From Camelus dromedarius (lineage: Eukaryota): a DNA stretch of 64,000 bases. The notes beneath the pieces were generated by a model. It was not told the DNA's origin, did no database searches, and saw only the letters and a program-made list of their open reading frames with translations. The stretch covers positions 95,048,001-95,112,000 of the forward strand of contig NC_087436.1 of the NCBI RefSeq assembly GCF_036321535.1, given 5' to 3'. Both the position numbers and the translations under genes were made by a program. Positions 49,982 through 63,550 of this stretch are shown in pieces (the first letter of the stretch is position 1; each line of letters starts with the position of its first letter).

Positions 49982-52649
49982 GTGAGTTCAGTGACATGCA
50001 AAAAAAGCACCGCTCTGGAATCCCAACTCTCCACCCTTTCACTCTAAACAGAGAATCAAATGATCTGAGCTCATTTAAATTAGTCTTGTATCTGGAAGAA
50101 AGGAGCTGTGAGCAAATGAAATCTAGTGTAATATGTCTTATTATCAAGGGACAGTTACGATCAAAACTACCTCCTTAAGTAATGGAAAGTTTGCTTAATT
50201 GGCAAGAAGAAGTATATGTGAGTAGGCAGAGGGGAGAAAGCAATAAGGAATAAGCCTCAGGTTTATTTTTAAATGAGACAAGATACCATTATTCTTCAGA
50301 ATTGCAAGAAGTAATTGCAGAGTGGGCACAGCTCTTTGCTAGAGCCTTCACTTAGCCGAGGGTGTCATTGCACAAAGAGAACATCTAATAGCCCCAATTA
50401 AAAAGTCCCCTGTCCTCTCTTGAGAACTAGAAATGGAATAAGGGAATCTAATTAGAGCAGCTAAGGGGGCTGTTAGCACAGATGCTGTGGGTCGATCTCC
50501 TTCTTCTAATTGTGAAGACTCCTTCTGAATTCAAGTTGTCAAATTGTATTAAAAAGAAAGAGAGGGAGAAGGTGACATGGGCAAATCTCTTCTTCATCGG
50601 GGAGAAATAATATCCTTGACTCTGAGAACCGCAGAATTATGACTGATGCCCCACGGCTTCCACGCACAGCCAGTGAGCAGGCTCCTTCGTACTTTATGAG
50701 AACTTAGACAAGGAAGCTTCAAGTCTGGTGGGTAAACAGGTTTCAAAAATGAAAGGAAATGGAACAAACCCTGAGCTCCTCACTGCAGCTGCATCTGTGG
50801 CCACTTAGAGATTTGCACATCATTTCACTGGCGCCTGTGCTTGGAGACTTTTCTGAGCTATTTAAACCAGGAGGTCCTCAGACCCCTGGCCTGAGGAGAA
50901 CCTGGGTTGGGTGCACCTAAAAAGCTCAATTAAAAAAAAAATTTAGACTTTCCAATCTCAGCATTAGCATTAAAATGACTAACCTATGGCTAAAAATAAG
51001 CATTAGCTAAGTAATTACTTGATACTAGATAAATGTGGGGAAAGTTGATAGAAATTTTGTGTGGTCAGTGAGAGTTTTATTTGGTGAATGAGGTAAGAAT
51101 CAGAGGGTTGTTTCAAATGGCAAAATCCATTTTTAAAGAGAGAAAAATGGCGCTTCCTCTGCGCTCCCCTCTTGGCCAGTACCCGTGCTGACACGCAGGT
51201 CCCAGGCATGCTTTAACCTGGTGCTGCTGGGCTTTTGGTTGCCTTTGGAATTCTCATCTTTTCTCTTTTCAAGTCATAATTTTGAGCACTGCAGCCTCGT
51301 CTGAGAAAAAGTCAGTAGCTCCCCGTCCACCCCTGTCAGCGGGGGAGCGGCCGATTTAAAGCCCTAGCAAACCACAAGACTAACCTCTCAGGTTCTATTT
51401 ACAAGCCTATGATTTTCATTCACCAGAGAAATCTGTCTGGGCCATCCTTTCTGTGTAATAGCTCTCACTAAAAATCCTCTGGCTTTATTACCAGGCATAT
51501 AATATTAATGTTCAGAGCGGGCCAAGGGGTGATGGCCTTTTTTAAAAACCAAGAGTCTTTTTGAGGCTTGGCATCTTAAAGAGGGGAAGAAGAAGACTTG
51601 TTCTTGTTTTATATATATATTCTTTTAACCTAAATGCGTTTTTTCCCCCTCCCATTATAAGTTGCTCTTTCTGAGGGAGAAATGGGAAAGAAATAATATC
51701 TCCCTCGAGGGCTGTTTTTAAGGCCTCTTTTTGTAATGATGGATTATAGGCAGGAGTGAGAATGTAAGGGGAAAAAATGTGCCAGTATGGTTCTCTAGAG
51801 AAGCATTAACATAAGTGAAAAAAAAATGTAGTTCAAAGAGAGCAGTGACTATGCCCTCTTCAGCAGAGCAGCCTGCTGTCGGCCCCGGCTATACGTTCCA
51901 GAATGTCTCTCCAGTTGTTCACGTATCGCAAAGTGAGTATTGTGGCACACATCCACACAGAGATATGGAGAGCCTCACAGCCTCAAAAACGATAAGAGAG
52001 AACTAAGGGGAGATTACCAACACCCTGGCGCTGCACGGGGCTGCACGTACTGGGGGCAGAGGAAACATGGAGAGACGGAGACAATACATGAGTCTCATCA
52101 CTGTAGAGAGCGACGTCATAGCATCCAACCCCAGGCTGTTATGCGTCTCTAGTATTTCCCTCCTTGCTCTGGGAAGCATGATGGCTTCTGTTGCCTGCCT
52201 TGGCGTTAATCTATTTTACATCTTATTCATTATCTGCACACAGGTGATGACTCTCTCATTCCTCTTTGGAGCCTTGTCCCGAGCATACTATCTGGCATGT
52301 AGTCCACGCATAATAAAAGCTTATTAAATGGCACAAACCCTAAGGGGAAATGCGTATAGAGTAAAAAGAGCAGATGAAGGAGAAATGAATCCTGGGGGTC
52401 AGGAAAGGTGAAAACGAACAGAGAGACAAAGCAGTGATCAGAGGGAACATGATTCCACTTCATTAAAGAGCATAAGATGCACTTTACAGAATTGCTAAGG
52501 ATATCAGAGAATAATGAAAAGCACTGACCATCTTGAAGAAGAGATTTTGAGAACCATGCAAAAGTAGCTTTGAAATGCATCCCTAGAAACAGTCCTTAAT
52601 GAGCTGACCACACTGAGAGACCAAGGCCAGGGGCAGGAGCAGTGTGCTA

Positions 52650-53100
52650 AGACCCGAAGCGCTGGATGCAGACAACAGAGACCAGCTTGGCTGACTCGGC
52701 AGAAAGGAAATGTATTGGAAAACCGGTAGGTAACCCTTGGCAGCAACAGGAACATTGGGCAGTCTGGGCTTAGAAAAGGAGCAGGAGTCAAGGGAGGCCA
52801 GACAGCCAAAAATACAACCAAAGTTGTCCCAGGAGGAAGGTCTGGTGAGAATGCCTCGGCCAGTGTCACCACCGCTGGACACTCCCTCGGAGCTGCCAGA
52901 GCTACCCTCTGACCACCTTGCAGCTTTGCCTCACAGTCCAGGATGGCAAACCCCAAGGAGGGGTATCTGGCTGATGGAATACAGGCTGCAGATTGGTTCT
53001 CTGGGTACCAGGAAGCAGGGAGAGGGGCTATCTGCTTCTCTGGCTTCTTGTGTACTGGACAGTTCCCCTGAGATGTCCACTTGCTGGACAGCCAATAAAT
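52650..53100 (-). mobile_element. Old MaLR/ERVL LTR fragment
   Basis: TGCAGACAACAGAGACCAGCTTGGCTGAC...AGAAAGGAAATGTATTGGAA resembles a reverse LTR end. Confidence 0.5.
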
Positions 53101-56100
53101 ACATACCTACGTATAGGACACTGTGTTCCCAGGATTAGAGCGTCCGCTTACTCCTGCTGCATGGGTCAATTAAGGGAGTCCTTTCATCTCTCCCTTCTAT
53201 GTCCATCAAAAACGATGAGATCTTTAAAACTTGAAATTCTTCACCTTCAAATATTCAGTCAAAATCTACTGAACACTGACTATGGGCCAGAAATTGTGCT
53301 AAGCATTGACAATGCAGTGGCCAGAACACAGCACGGTCCCTGCCTGTGCAGAGCTGACACCACAGTTCAGGAGAGTCTACCCTGGTTCCTTAGGAGAATG
53401 TAAACGAATTAAACTATAAAAACTCATTAAGCACCATACATTCACACACATCATTTTGTTTTATTTCATAAAAACTTCACTTTTTTCCTGATGAGAAAAC
53501 TGAAGCTAAGAGAGTTGAAAGTAACTGACCCACTGCCAGCTCCTAGCAGGGTGAGAGGCCAAACTCAGTTCTGTCCAGTGGATGCACTTTCTGGCACACC
53601 GCTTAAAGGCAGTGACGAGCGGGGACGTTTTCTCCTGCTGCTTCAAGCCATAGATCAAAACTCTTCTTGCTCTTTTACATTTAACACTGGAAACAGAGAT
53701 GAGACATTTTCTCTATGAGGTAGTAAGTAGGAAGGAGCTTGTGTGAGACAACGTGAGTCATCTGCAAAGTAACATTTTGGCACTGGCAGTTAACGTGGGT
53801 GGGCTCTTGGGGACCACAAAGCAAAGGAAACAGAATTTTGCTGTGCATGAGAACTGCCAAATGCCAAAAGGAAGCGGATGACCCAGTAATATGTATTACC
53901 CCAAAATAAAACTAATGGCAATGTAAAATTATAATTTGCAACATGTTTAAGGCCAGTATAAATAAAGACTAAGCAGGTTTCAATTTCCTATGGAAGGGAA
54001 GATAATTTACTGGTGCCAGATGTCCAGCAACCAAGCAAGATAACATGAAAATTTAATTTTTACTTGCTTAACTATGATATTTATGACTCTTAAAATACAG
54101 ATTTGGGTTCATAAAACAGAAAAGGTTATAGCCATCTGCTTGGTTACAGACTAGATCAAAATGCAGAGGGTGACTCTGCCTGCAGGAAGAAATTCTTAAG
54201 TGTGAAGAATCTGTAGGCAAAAGAGGTTAATTTATTCTATTCATTCACTGAATGACTTTATGTGACAGCCAATTGTGCCTGGTCTGGAAGAACTGATGAT
54301 GAAACATATGCAGATAAACATCTTCTCTTTGCACAGACTCTCCCTACCAACCATCAAGGCTCCCTCACCACCCCACTGCAAACCTCCCCCTTTCCCCCGC
54401 CCTGGTTAGCTCCTACCCTGCCCTTCTGATCTTGGCTTAACTAATATTTCCTCAGGGAAGTTGTCTCAGACCTAGTGGACCAGGTAAATTACACCCTCAA
54501 CATCACACATCTCTCTTTGTGGCAATTAATTTACATTTTTGTTGCTATTTTACTTTTTGTTATTGATTGATGTCTCTTCCATGAGCCAGTTAGCTTCTGA
54601 TATCGGGGACACTGATAATTCTCATCACTGCATCCCCAGCTCAGAGCACAGTGCATATAAAGATACATAGTAGGTACTCAATAACTGTTTGTCAAATAAA
54701 TACAACTTTACATCCTCAGTGTTGAAAAAACGGCTGCTGCTGTCTTACATAGGCCTTTCAAATACTTTCCCCCCTAGATTATAACTTTTGATAATGCTTA
54801 TCCAAAATAATGAAAGGAGAATGGTTAAACGCTTCATCAGCTTCATTCCTTGGAGTATTAAGTATACCTGCAGTGTGAATGAATCAGAAACCTAGTCAAT
54901 GGCGCAGAATACTGGCAGCTGTCTGTTCCAGGAGTTTCTTTCCTCTTTAATTGTTAATTCCAGATAATTCTGTAGTCATTTATTTTCCCATCCTCATTTG
55001 ATTTTCACATTGGCCAGACTGGGAACAGCTGAGTAGTTTTAGGACCACTGTTAATGATAACAGATGGAGCTTTGAACATAGTAGGGAGTTGGCACCTTGA
55101 ATAATGGAAATCTATTTTAAGCCACTGTAATTGGTTCTATTAGCCCTAAAAAGCTGCTGGCTATCTTGGGCTTGCATAGAAGTGCTCATGCTTTCATGTG
55201 ATGGAAAGTCCAAAATGATGCAATATTGAAGTTTTGTATTTCTATGGTAATAGGAAGAAATAATTAAGACTGAAAGGTTTTTTTGGAAGTCAGATTAGAG
55301 AACTAAGAATCACCAAACCACCTGAAGATCTTCACATCTGTCTTGATCAAAGTAATCTGTGAGGATTCACTTGAATTCCTTCATCTTTGGAAAAGCTCTT
55401 ATGAGGAAACCAAGTACTTTGCAGGTAAAGGTTTAGCCATTTAGTGCCACTGTGTTCGCAGAGTTGTGGCTGAATACCTCAAAGTATGAGGTCATCATTT
55501 CCAGGGTTAGCTGCCACAGCCCCCCTGCTGCGCGCACACACTGGGCCTGCTAAGTTCCGAGCAGGGCTCTTGACTGGGCTTCAGACGATGCTGGGAAAAT
55601 ACTGTTTTGCACTTAGTGGTGCTTACTATTTTTCAAAGTACATCAAAATACATCTTTATTACCTTGTTTTACCCTTACCTTTATTTTCTTCCTCTTAGCC
55701 TCAAGGCAGCCTCACTAGCTTTGCCCAAGTCACAAAGAAACGATCTGGGCAGTTCAGACATCAGTACCCGCCAGCCAAGCTTTGAACCGAACATGTCATG
55801 GGAAGCCCGGGCCCTGCTGCGAGAGGCTACCCGGTTGCCGCTGCCCACAAGGCCACACAGGTGCTGCGTGGAGGTGACTTTACCTGGTCCGGTGCCTCCC
55901 CGCAGGCCAGGGGGCTCAGCCTCCTGCAGGGGAAGCACAGCAGGAAGGGTCCTTGGTGTCATCCCGCTCACATGAGGCACAAAGAAGTTAAATAACATTC
56001 TTTCAGTCATTCAACACATCTTCAATGAATACACATTATGTGTCATGCTCTAAGGTGGGTTCTGGGGAATATAACCATACATAAAATACAATCTTTGCAC

Positions 56101-57339
56101 ACATGGAGGCAGACAAATAAGGAATTAAAACAAAATTGGATAAACTCACTATGGGGAGGAAGAGATCAGAGAGGGTCAAATATAGTAAACTAAACCTGTT
56201 TACTTCTCCTTGCTTTGTTTTTTGGCTTTCCAATTTAACAGCCAAGTAAAATATACCTGAAAAGTATTTTTGGGGATAGGAATATCAAAAATTGGTGGGG
56301 CAAATGTCCTTACCAGACAGGAGAGCCTGAGTAGGATGGGGAAGTTTTAAATGTGCCTTGACTGTGGGAGATGGACCTTGTCTTTGACATGAAGATCATC
56401 AGGAACTAAGTGAAGAAAACACCTCATAAGTTTCCATTACTCAGTGGGACTCTAGAATTTCTTTGGAAGGATGAATTGACGTTGGCTACCTGGTGTCACA
56501 GATATAAAGCATTTTAAAAAGTGATGGAAATTTTCAAAAAGGAGAAAAAGAAATATCAGAGGTTAACCTGGACATTGTCGTGGTCAGAATGATAAGGACT
56601 TTATTCGAGACGTAAGGTGTGGGGATTTATTTTCAATCAAAGTTTCCTCTGTTGGAAATTCATTTTGTTCACTGGGTTTAGCCAGGTCAAAACTCAGACC
56701 GGGCTTCTTTTATTTTTTAGGCTCTGCTGAGGTTCTTGGAAAAAGTCAAAAAAATGGTTCAGAGATTTGACAAATTCATGAAAAGACTTCTGTGAAGTTT
56801 TAAAATATTTCTGACTGCTTCTGCTGCCTTAACTAGTGTTGCTGAATTAATATGATTTGAAAGAAACTCTATTTCTCAGTGTAAAACTAGAAAAAATTTC
56901 CACCTGTTTTAGCTATTCTGAAGAAGGTATTAAAATGACATGTAGCCTACCTTTTTGCCTTTTTATAAATTTTTCAGAAGTTTTCCTATTAGCATATAAC
57001 TTACATGATTTTGGACACTAGGAGAAATAGAAGATAATGTACTGGTAGAGAGTTACTTTGGACCAGCCATCAGTTTGACAGATAATGGCTTTCTGAATGA
57101 TGGTCATACCATGCTATGAAGCATCAACAAACCGAATGAATAAGCAAATGACGAGCAGTTTGGCTTTCCAACCAAAAGAGGGCTGTTAATTTTCCTCAGT
57201 CATTATTTGGTTTCATGAATAGGCTCTTTTGGGATTTTAACCATTAAAAAGACCTATCTCCAAATCTCCAATTCTGGACGTTAATAAGATGCTTTGTCAA
57301 AGATGTCTAAACAAATTATTCGCATGGCAATTCATTCTG

Positions 57340-57490
57340 AAGCTTTAAGGTACATCAGAATCAACCATCAAACACTCCTGAGCCTTTGTGAAGGGAGGTC
57401 GTAATTCAGTAGATCTGGGACAGGGTCCTAGAACCTGCATTTTAAATTACTACTTCTTGTGATTTTTCAGGCCAGGGATCTGTTGACCAG
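57340..57490. mobile_element. MER5A-like hAT MITE
   Basis: CATCAGAATCA...ATTCAGTAGATCTGGG...CTGCATTTTAA. Confidence 0.65.
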
Positions 57491-57494
57491 TTTC

Positions 57495-58130
57495 TTCATT
57501 TTCTATTACTGTGTAACAAATCACCACAAATTTAGTGGCTTAAAACAACACACCTTTAGTATCTCATAGTTCCTGTGGGTCAGAAATCTGGGCACAGCTG
57601 CTGGATTTCAGAGACTCACAAGCCTGAGCTCAAAATGTGACTTGGCCTGCATTCTCATCTTGGGGCTCCCCATCCAAGTTTGTTCAGATTGCTGGCAGAA
57701 CTCATTTATTTGAGGATGTAGACTGAGGGCCCTGGCTTCTTACCTGGCTCTCTGCCAGATGCCACCTTCAGGTCCTGTAGGCTGCCTGCAGACCCCTGCT
57801 ACATGACCCTTCCTGTAGACAGTTCAGGACATGCCAGTTTGCTTCTTTGAGCCCAGTGAGAGAGCCCCTCTGACCTCAGGGAGAGCCCAGGCTCTCAGTT
57901 AAGGGCTCTCGTCTCATTAAGTTGGACCCACCCAGGGTGGTCTCCCTTTTAAATAATTCAAAATCAAGTGATTTGGAATGTTCATTACACCTGTGAAAAC
58001 TCTTCATCTTAGTGAAACCCAATCACAAGAATGAGAACTTATTCACAGCCCTGCCCACGCTCAAGGGAAGGGAATTACAAGGCAGGGGTGGGAATCTTGG
58101 GGGCCGTCTTAGAATTCTGCCTCCCGCAAC
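57495..58130 (-). mobile_element. MaLR LTR (MLT1E-like)
   Basis: GTAACAAATCACCACAAATTTAGTGGCTTAAAACAACAC...GGGCCGTCTTAGAATTCTGCCT. Confidence 0.85.
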
Positions 58131-58589
58131 CAGCCTTGAGAAGTACAGGGCTGAAAAGACAAAAATCACAGACTACTGGGAACTTTTAGTGTGACAGACA
58201 AGGTTGATCGATCTAATCCCATAGATGTGGTTGGTACTTACTGACAACAAAATAAAAATAAAAATGCTAAGGGCCTCCAACGCACTGGATCTGTGAGGAA
58301 AAGAGTGTGGGGATGGGAGCCCTGAACTCTGGTAAAGACTGGTCTCGTTTTCCCACCTCTGTTCTAATCAGTCAGGGGAGCTCTGTCATTTACTCTTTAG
58401 AGTTATATGCTCCATAAGAAATTTGAAACTTGGTGGTTATTTTAGCATTTCTATAGGAACGAAAGGGCCCTCAGTTTCTGCTGGAAATGCTTCAAAGAGG
58501 CATCTATTCCTGCCCCTTGAAGAGTAGTTGCTATCTTAATTTTTCAAATGTCTAGTTAAGATGGATATTTTTCTGGAGAAATTTATAAG

Positions 58590-61280
58590 AGCTGACACCA
58601 GAAGAATAGAAAATCTAAACAAAACAATTGTCATAGAAGAAACAGAATTTGTCAGTTATCTCTCAAAAAAAAAAAAAATCAGGAAGAACAGTTCACAGGG
58701 CAATTTTAACAGTGTCTAAGCAACAGATATTTCCAATGGTATTTAAACTGTTACAGACCGTAGAAAACAAGGATATTTCCTGCTTCTTTTTATGAAATAA
58801 ACATTTATATTTAAACCTAAGGAAGATTTGTCTAAAGTGAAGGCATCGAGGAATCTTACTTATGTATATTATGCAAAAATCCTCAACAAATATTAGCAAA
58901 AGGATACAGTAGCACAGGTTAAAAACATGCATATATGCAAACTGGCACGCACGTTCCTACTATGGTCTTGTGGGGCTTACTCCGGAATACAGGGACAGTT
59001 CAGGACATCTACTGTGTCACTCATCATGTTAACAGATCTGAGGGAATGATTGTTGGATCATCCCTATAGGTACTAAAAATGTATTTGACAAAATACAATA
59101 CCCATTCTTCATAAAAACTCTTAATAAAAATAAGTAGGTACTTCCTTAATGTGGTAAAATATATCTGTCTCAGACAAGAACCTAGAATCATGCTTACAAG
59201 GGAAACACGAAAAGCATGCCCAACTAAAGCCAGAAGTGTTCAAGAATGTTCGCTATTGCCACTTTATCTACCACTGTCCTAGAAGTCCTATCAACACAAT
59301 TAGATAAGAGACAGAAATACAAGGTTCACAAGTTGGAAAGAATAGGTAAAATGATCACTTATATTGCAGAGGATATGATGTGTACCTGAAAAATCTAAGG
59401 TAATTCCCTAAAAAAAAAATCTTTGAAAAATCCAGTAAGGGGCAGGGTACAAAATTAATATAAAAAATCAAATAGCATTTGTATATTTAAACAACAACCA
59501 GCTGGAGGATACACTGCATTTCAAATCAGGGCAAAAGATAAATTAGGAATAAACTTAATAAGAAATGTGTAAGGTCTTTCTGAAGAAAACTTCAGAAGAA
59601 TGCTTCTGAGAGACATGAAAATGACTTGAACAAAAGGAATGGTATATCATGTTCTTGAAAGGAAGTTGAATATAAGAAGATGCCATTTTTTTCTAAATCA
59701 ATAAATAAGCAAGTTCATTTCAATATCCCAATGAAAAATAAGCTGGCAATATGAGACAAAAAAAATTGACATAGAAGAATAAAGAGAAGTGTACATTCCA
59801 TTATGGCAGTGATATTTAACTAGATTAAAGTATCCAGTAAAACATTAGAAAGTTCAGGACTTAAGTAAATGATGAAAATGGCATATCAAATCAATAGGAA
59901 AACAAGAATTACTGAATAAATGATGCTGGGACAATTGAATAGTCATCTAGGAAAAAAAAATTTACTTAATCCAGAGCTCACACTAATACTAATACAGCGT
60001 AAATTCCGAACAGATCAATGATTTTAATGGAAACACGAAGCCACAAAAATTATAGAAGAAACGATGGTAGAGTTTATTTATAACTAACTCAAAGCTGGCC
60101 TTCCATTCGTGACACAAAACTCAGCCAAAACACTAATAAATTTGACCGTGTGAAAAAGAATGTATACAGCAAAAACAACTGGGGAAAAGTTATTTGCAGT
60201 TCATAACAGATCAGCAACCTTTCCTTGCACAGAAGGAGTTTCTGATAATTGAGGAAGAAAAGATCATAGCCCAGTAAGCCAATGGGTAAAGGGTAAGCAT
60301 GGACTGTTTACAGAAAAGGGAATACAAATAGTTCTTAAACATATGAAAGGTTGTTTTGGTCTCACTCAGACTAAATTCTTTCAAAAATATATATATTTTT
60401 GGGTGTTTATTATGTGCCAATAATATTGGCCATCGGGTATAGGAGATACAGTAGTGAACCGCACTAAAGATTTCTGCTCTCATGGGGCTTACATTCAATG
60501 AAAAAGCAAATTAAAGCTACACTGAGGTGCCATTTTCATCTATCAGATTGGCAAAAATCCCCAGACTATCAGATTGGCAAAAATCCCCAGAAGCTTGACG
60601 TCATACTCTGTGGCAAGGGGCAATAGGTCCTCTCATATACTAAGGTAAATTGAGAGGCAAAATTGGTACAACGTCTTGGATAGGTCATTTGGCAATAACT
60701 ATCCAAGTTACAAATGTACAAGCCCTTTGAGCCAGCAATTCTATTTCTAGGAATTTATCCTATAGATTTACTTACATAAGACAGAAATGTCATATGTACA
60801 AGTTACTGCTAGTTTGTTTGCAATATCAAAACATTAGACACAAACTAAACAAGAGGCCATTTAAAGACACGGTGGTATGGAGTACCAAGAATACCAGGTA
60901 GCTGTAATACCAGGTATTTGGAATACCATGAAGTTGTGAAAAAGGAATGAGGAAGCACTTATGTGGAAAGATCTCTAAGATATATCATTAATGACATATA
61001 TGAATGATATTCTACCAATTGTGTAAATAAGGACAAAAATACATTTTAATAGCATATAAAAGTACAAATTTATCCTCTATCCATCTACCCACAAAAAACT
61101 AATTGGTTGCCTTGGTTGTCTGTGGCAGAGGAACAGGAGAAGGGAAGGAACTACATGATGTGGTGGGATGCGGGTGGGAGATGGGGCAAGAGGGAACATT
61201 CACTGAATAGCCTTTCATGGTTTAAAAATTTTTAATCATGTGAATGTATTCCTTATTCAGAAAATTAAACCCAAAAAATA
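58590..61280 (+). mobile_element. Old L1M (MC/ME-like) ORF2 and 3'UTR fragment
   Basis: AAAATCCTCAACAAATATTAGCAA, TAGGAATAAACTTAA, CCAGCAATTCTATTTCTAGGAATTTATCC; includes a small L2-like piece near 60375-60500. Confidence 0.85.
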
Positions 61281-61304
61281 AGTTTTTCTTATCAAAAAAT
61301 TTTT

Positions 61305-61395
61305 AAATTGAAGTACAGTCAGTTACAATGTGCCAGTCTCTGGTGTACAGCACAATGACCCAGTCATGCATATACATACATATATTCATTTTCAT
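61305..61395 (-). mobile_element. Very short young artiodactyl L1 3' end
   Basis: Reverse complement of the same family as 40959-41193; flanked by TATCAAAAA(A)TTTTT TSD (61290-61304 / 61396-61410). Confidence 0.8.
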
Positions 61396-62281
61396 ATCAA
61401 AAATTTTTTTCTAATTAAAGGAATATAATTCTGAGAGAAGGTTTGATAGTATTTCTATTTTGGTAAACTACCCCAGTATTTAATTATCTTCTTGGACAAG
61501 AAGCATCATATTCTTGATTACACTTAAATCTTCTGTTTTGATTTATCTTCTTAAGAAGCAACTACTCAAATTTCTCTTTAAATTATAAGTCACCTCATTT
61601 CCATCCATGTTCAGGGCTTTGAATAAAAAGTAGAGACATCTGTGTAGCCAAAACCACTTGTATTATGTAGAACTCAAGTTTCAATATAAAAACTAGAAAA
61701 GCAAGACCCAAAACCCCAGTGGAATGAAAGAGGTACCATTGTGCCATGGACATCAAGTTGAATCTCCTACGTGAAGGCAGCGAAGATAATATTAGAAGAA
61801 TTTTATAAAGTCACAGAGTTGTAGCAAAGGAAGACAGGTTCTAACCTGTCAATTTATCTAATTTGTAACTTTGCTTTTTGGTAAAATAGACCCTGAAATC
61901 AAGGATGTCCTTAATATTCTCCCTAGGGACATATTTCAACAAGATGCAATGGAAGGAAATGTTCGCACTTCCCAAAGTCAAATTCTTTTCTTGTTACTTG
62001 ACATCGTACTTTGTCTTTTTCTTTGCTTTGCTCCTCCTTATGCTTCAGGTCTTGTGCCCAGAAGGCGGTGGGAGAGGAAGAATGAAAAGAAAGATACAGA
62101 GCTGAGAGAAATGGGTTCAAAGTGTCAGAGCTGCAGGCAGGAAATTTAGTGAGTGGGGGAAACTGCCAAAATCCTGTCTAGAGGGAGCGCATGGTCCTCT
62201 TAACATGTTAGAATATACCATGCCTGCTTTTGCATTGCTACTGACTAAATATTGACTAGAACCGCTCTCCTTCTTAAACAG

Positions 62282-62387
62282 TAGAGACCACGCAGAGGCT
62301 GCCTTTGGCCCAGGTCAAGGACGTGCTTCCTCCAATACCAGAACTAGAAGCTACTTCCACAGCACATCAGCAAGATCAACACACACG
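62282..62387 (+). CDS. TMEM156: TMEM156 coding exon 6 (C-terminal tail); frame open up to the donor
   Basis: (V)ETTQRLPLAQVKDVLPPIPELEATSTAHQQDQHT(R); CAG|TAG tandem acceptor; CG|GTGAGT donor; unspliced read-through stops at TGA 62389-62391. Confidence 0.92.
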
Positions 62388-63044
62388 GTGAGTGATGCTT
62401 CAGTTTTACCAATGATTTGACTATTCATTATGAATGCGAATAGATCCAAGGAGGTATAGTTAACCCCAAACTGCATTTCTATCTGGGTGTAGGAGATAGA
62501 AAGTGAGGAACTTGCAAAATCAGTTAATATGGATTAGAAAGTATGAAATAAAGTCACTATTTCCTCCAAAATTTAGGAAGGACCAGTCAACTAACCTCTT
62601 GGTCTGTTGAACAACATGTGTACTGATGCACCGAGATGTCAGCTTATCCTCTGGCACTGTTTCCTGGGATTGAGTCCTCAGTCCAGCAGGCTAGTCGTTG
62701 CTTCACTTGGAGCATGAAAAAAGAATGTAAATTTGTAAAGCAGAGCTACTCACTGGCCCTCAACTACTGAAATAAAAAAGCTCCTCTAAATTTAATGTTT
62801 GGTAATCTAGATTAACTCACATCGATTTCCATGTATTTGAACCCAAAACTGTGATCAGATGTGTTTAGAAATTTTTTTCTTTCATTCAACAAATATTTAT
62901 GAAGTAGCTATTTTGTTGAAGGCACTAATGATGACCATTGGAGAGGGTATAACAGGGAAAACAAGGGAAACTAGCATTTACTAGCATTCTTTTGTTGTGC
63001 TGGGTGGTGGTAGACCAGATCATTTACTCTTCGTAACATCTGGG

Positions 63045-63550
63045 TAGTTATCAGTCAAAGGTCCTGGCAGGAAACCCATGGTATGCTCACACTGAATAAC
63101 CTGGAAAGAGTTTCATAAAGGACCTATTAAACCAGGATGTGGGAAAACCAAAAAAGGAGAGTGCAGCCTCCTGGGACCAGTAACAGTGGGGCCCTGCTAC
63201 TGTCCCTAAGACTAAAGGGACAAAGAAGTCATAGAGACAGAGTCAGAGGCAGACACACACTCGCAGGTACACGCACAGAAGGAACCTGTGAGGAGGGCTG
63301 CCTGACAGCTGCTGGGGCCTTTGGTCATGGACACAACAGCCTGTGGTTGCCCTGAGGAGAGAGAATCAATGTCCCAATGTGGCTGACCTCCTTTTTCCCA
63401 CTGTAGTACTCCGCACTGGCCCAACCCACCCAGAGCGACAGGACACGAGCTAGACTGAGACAGTTCATATAGAATGGCCTCCCAGATCACCAAGCATGGT
63501 GAACAAAAGGAGAGAGCAGATCTGGAAAGGCAACCAAAGGTTTTCAGCAT
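63045..63550 (-). mobile_element. Old ERVL LTR (LTR33/LTR41-like)
   Basis: CAGTCAAAGGTCCTGGCAGGAAAC...CACAC start and TTGGCCCAACCCA motif. Confidence 0.55.
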
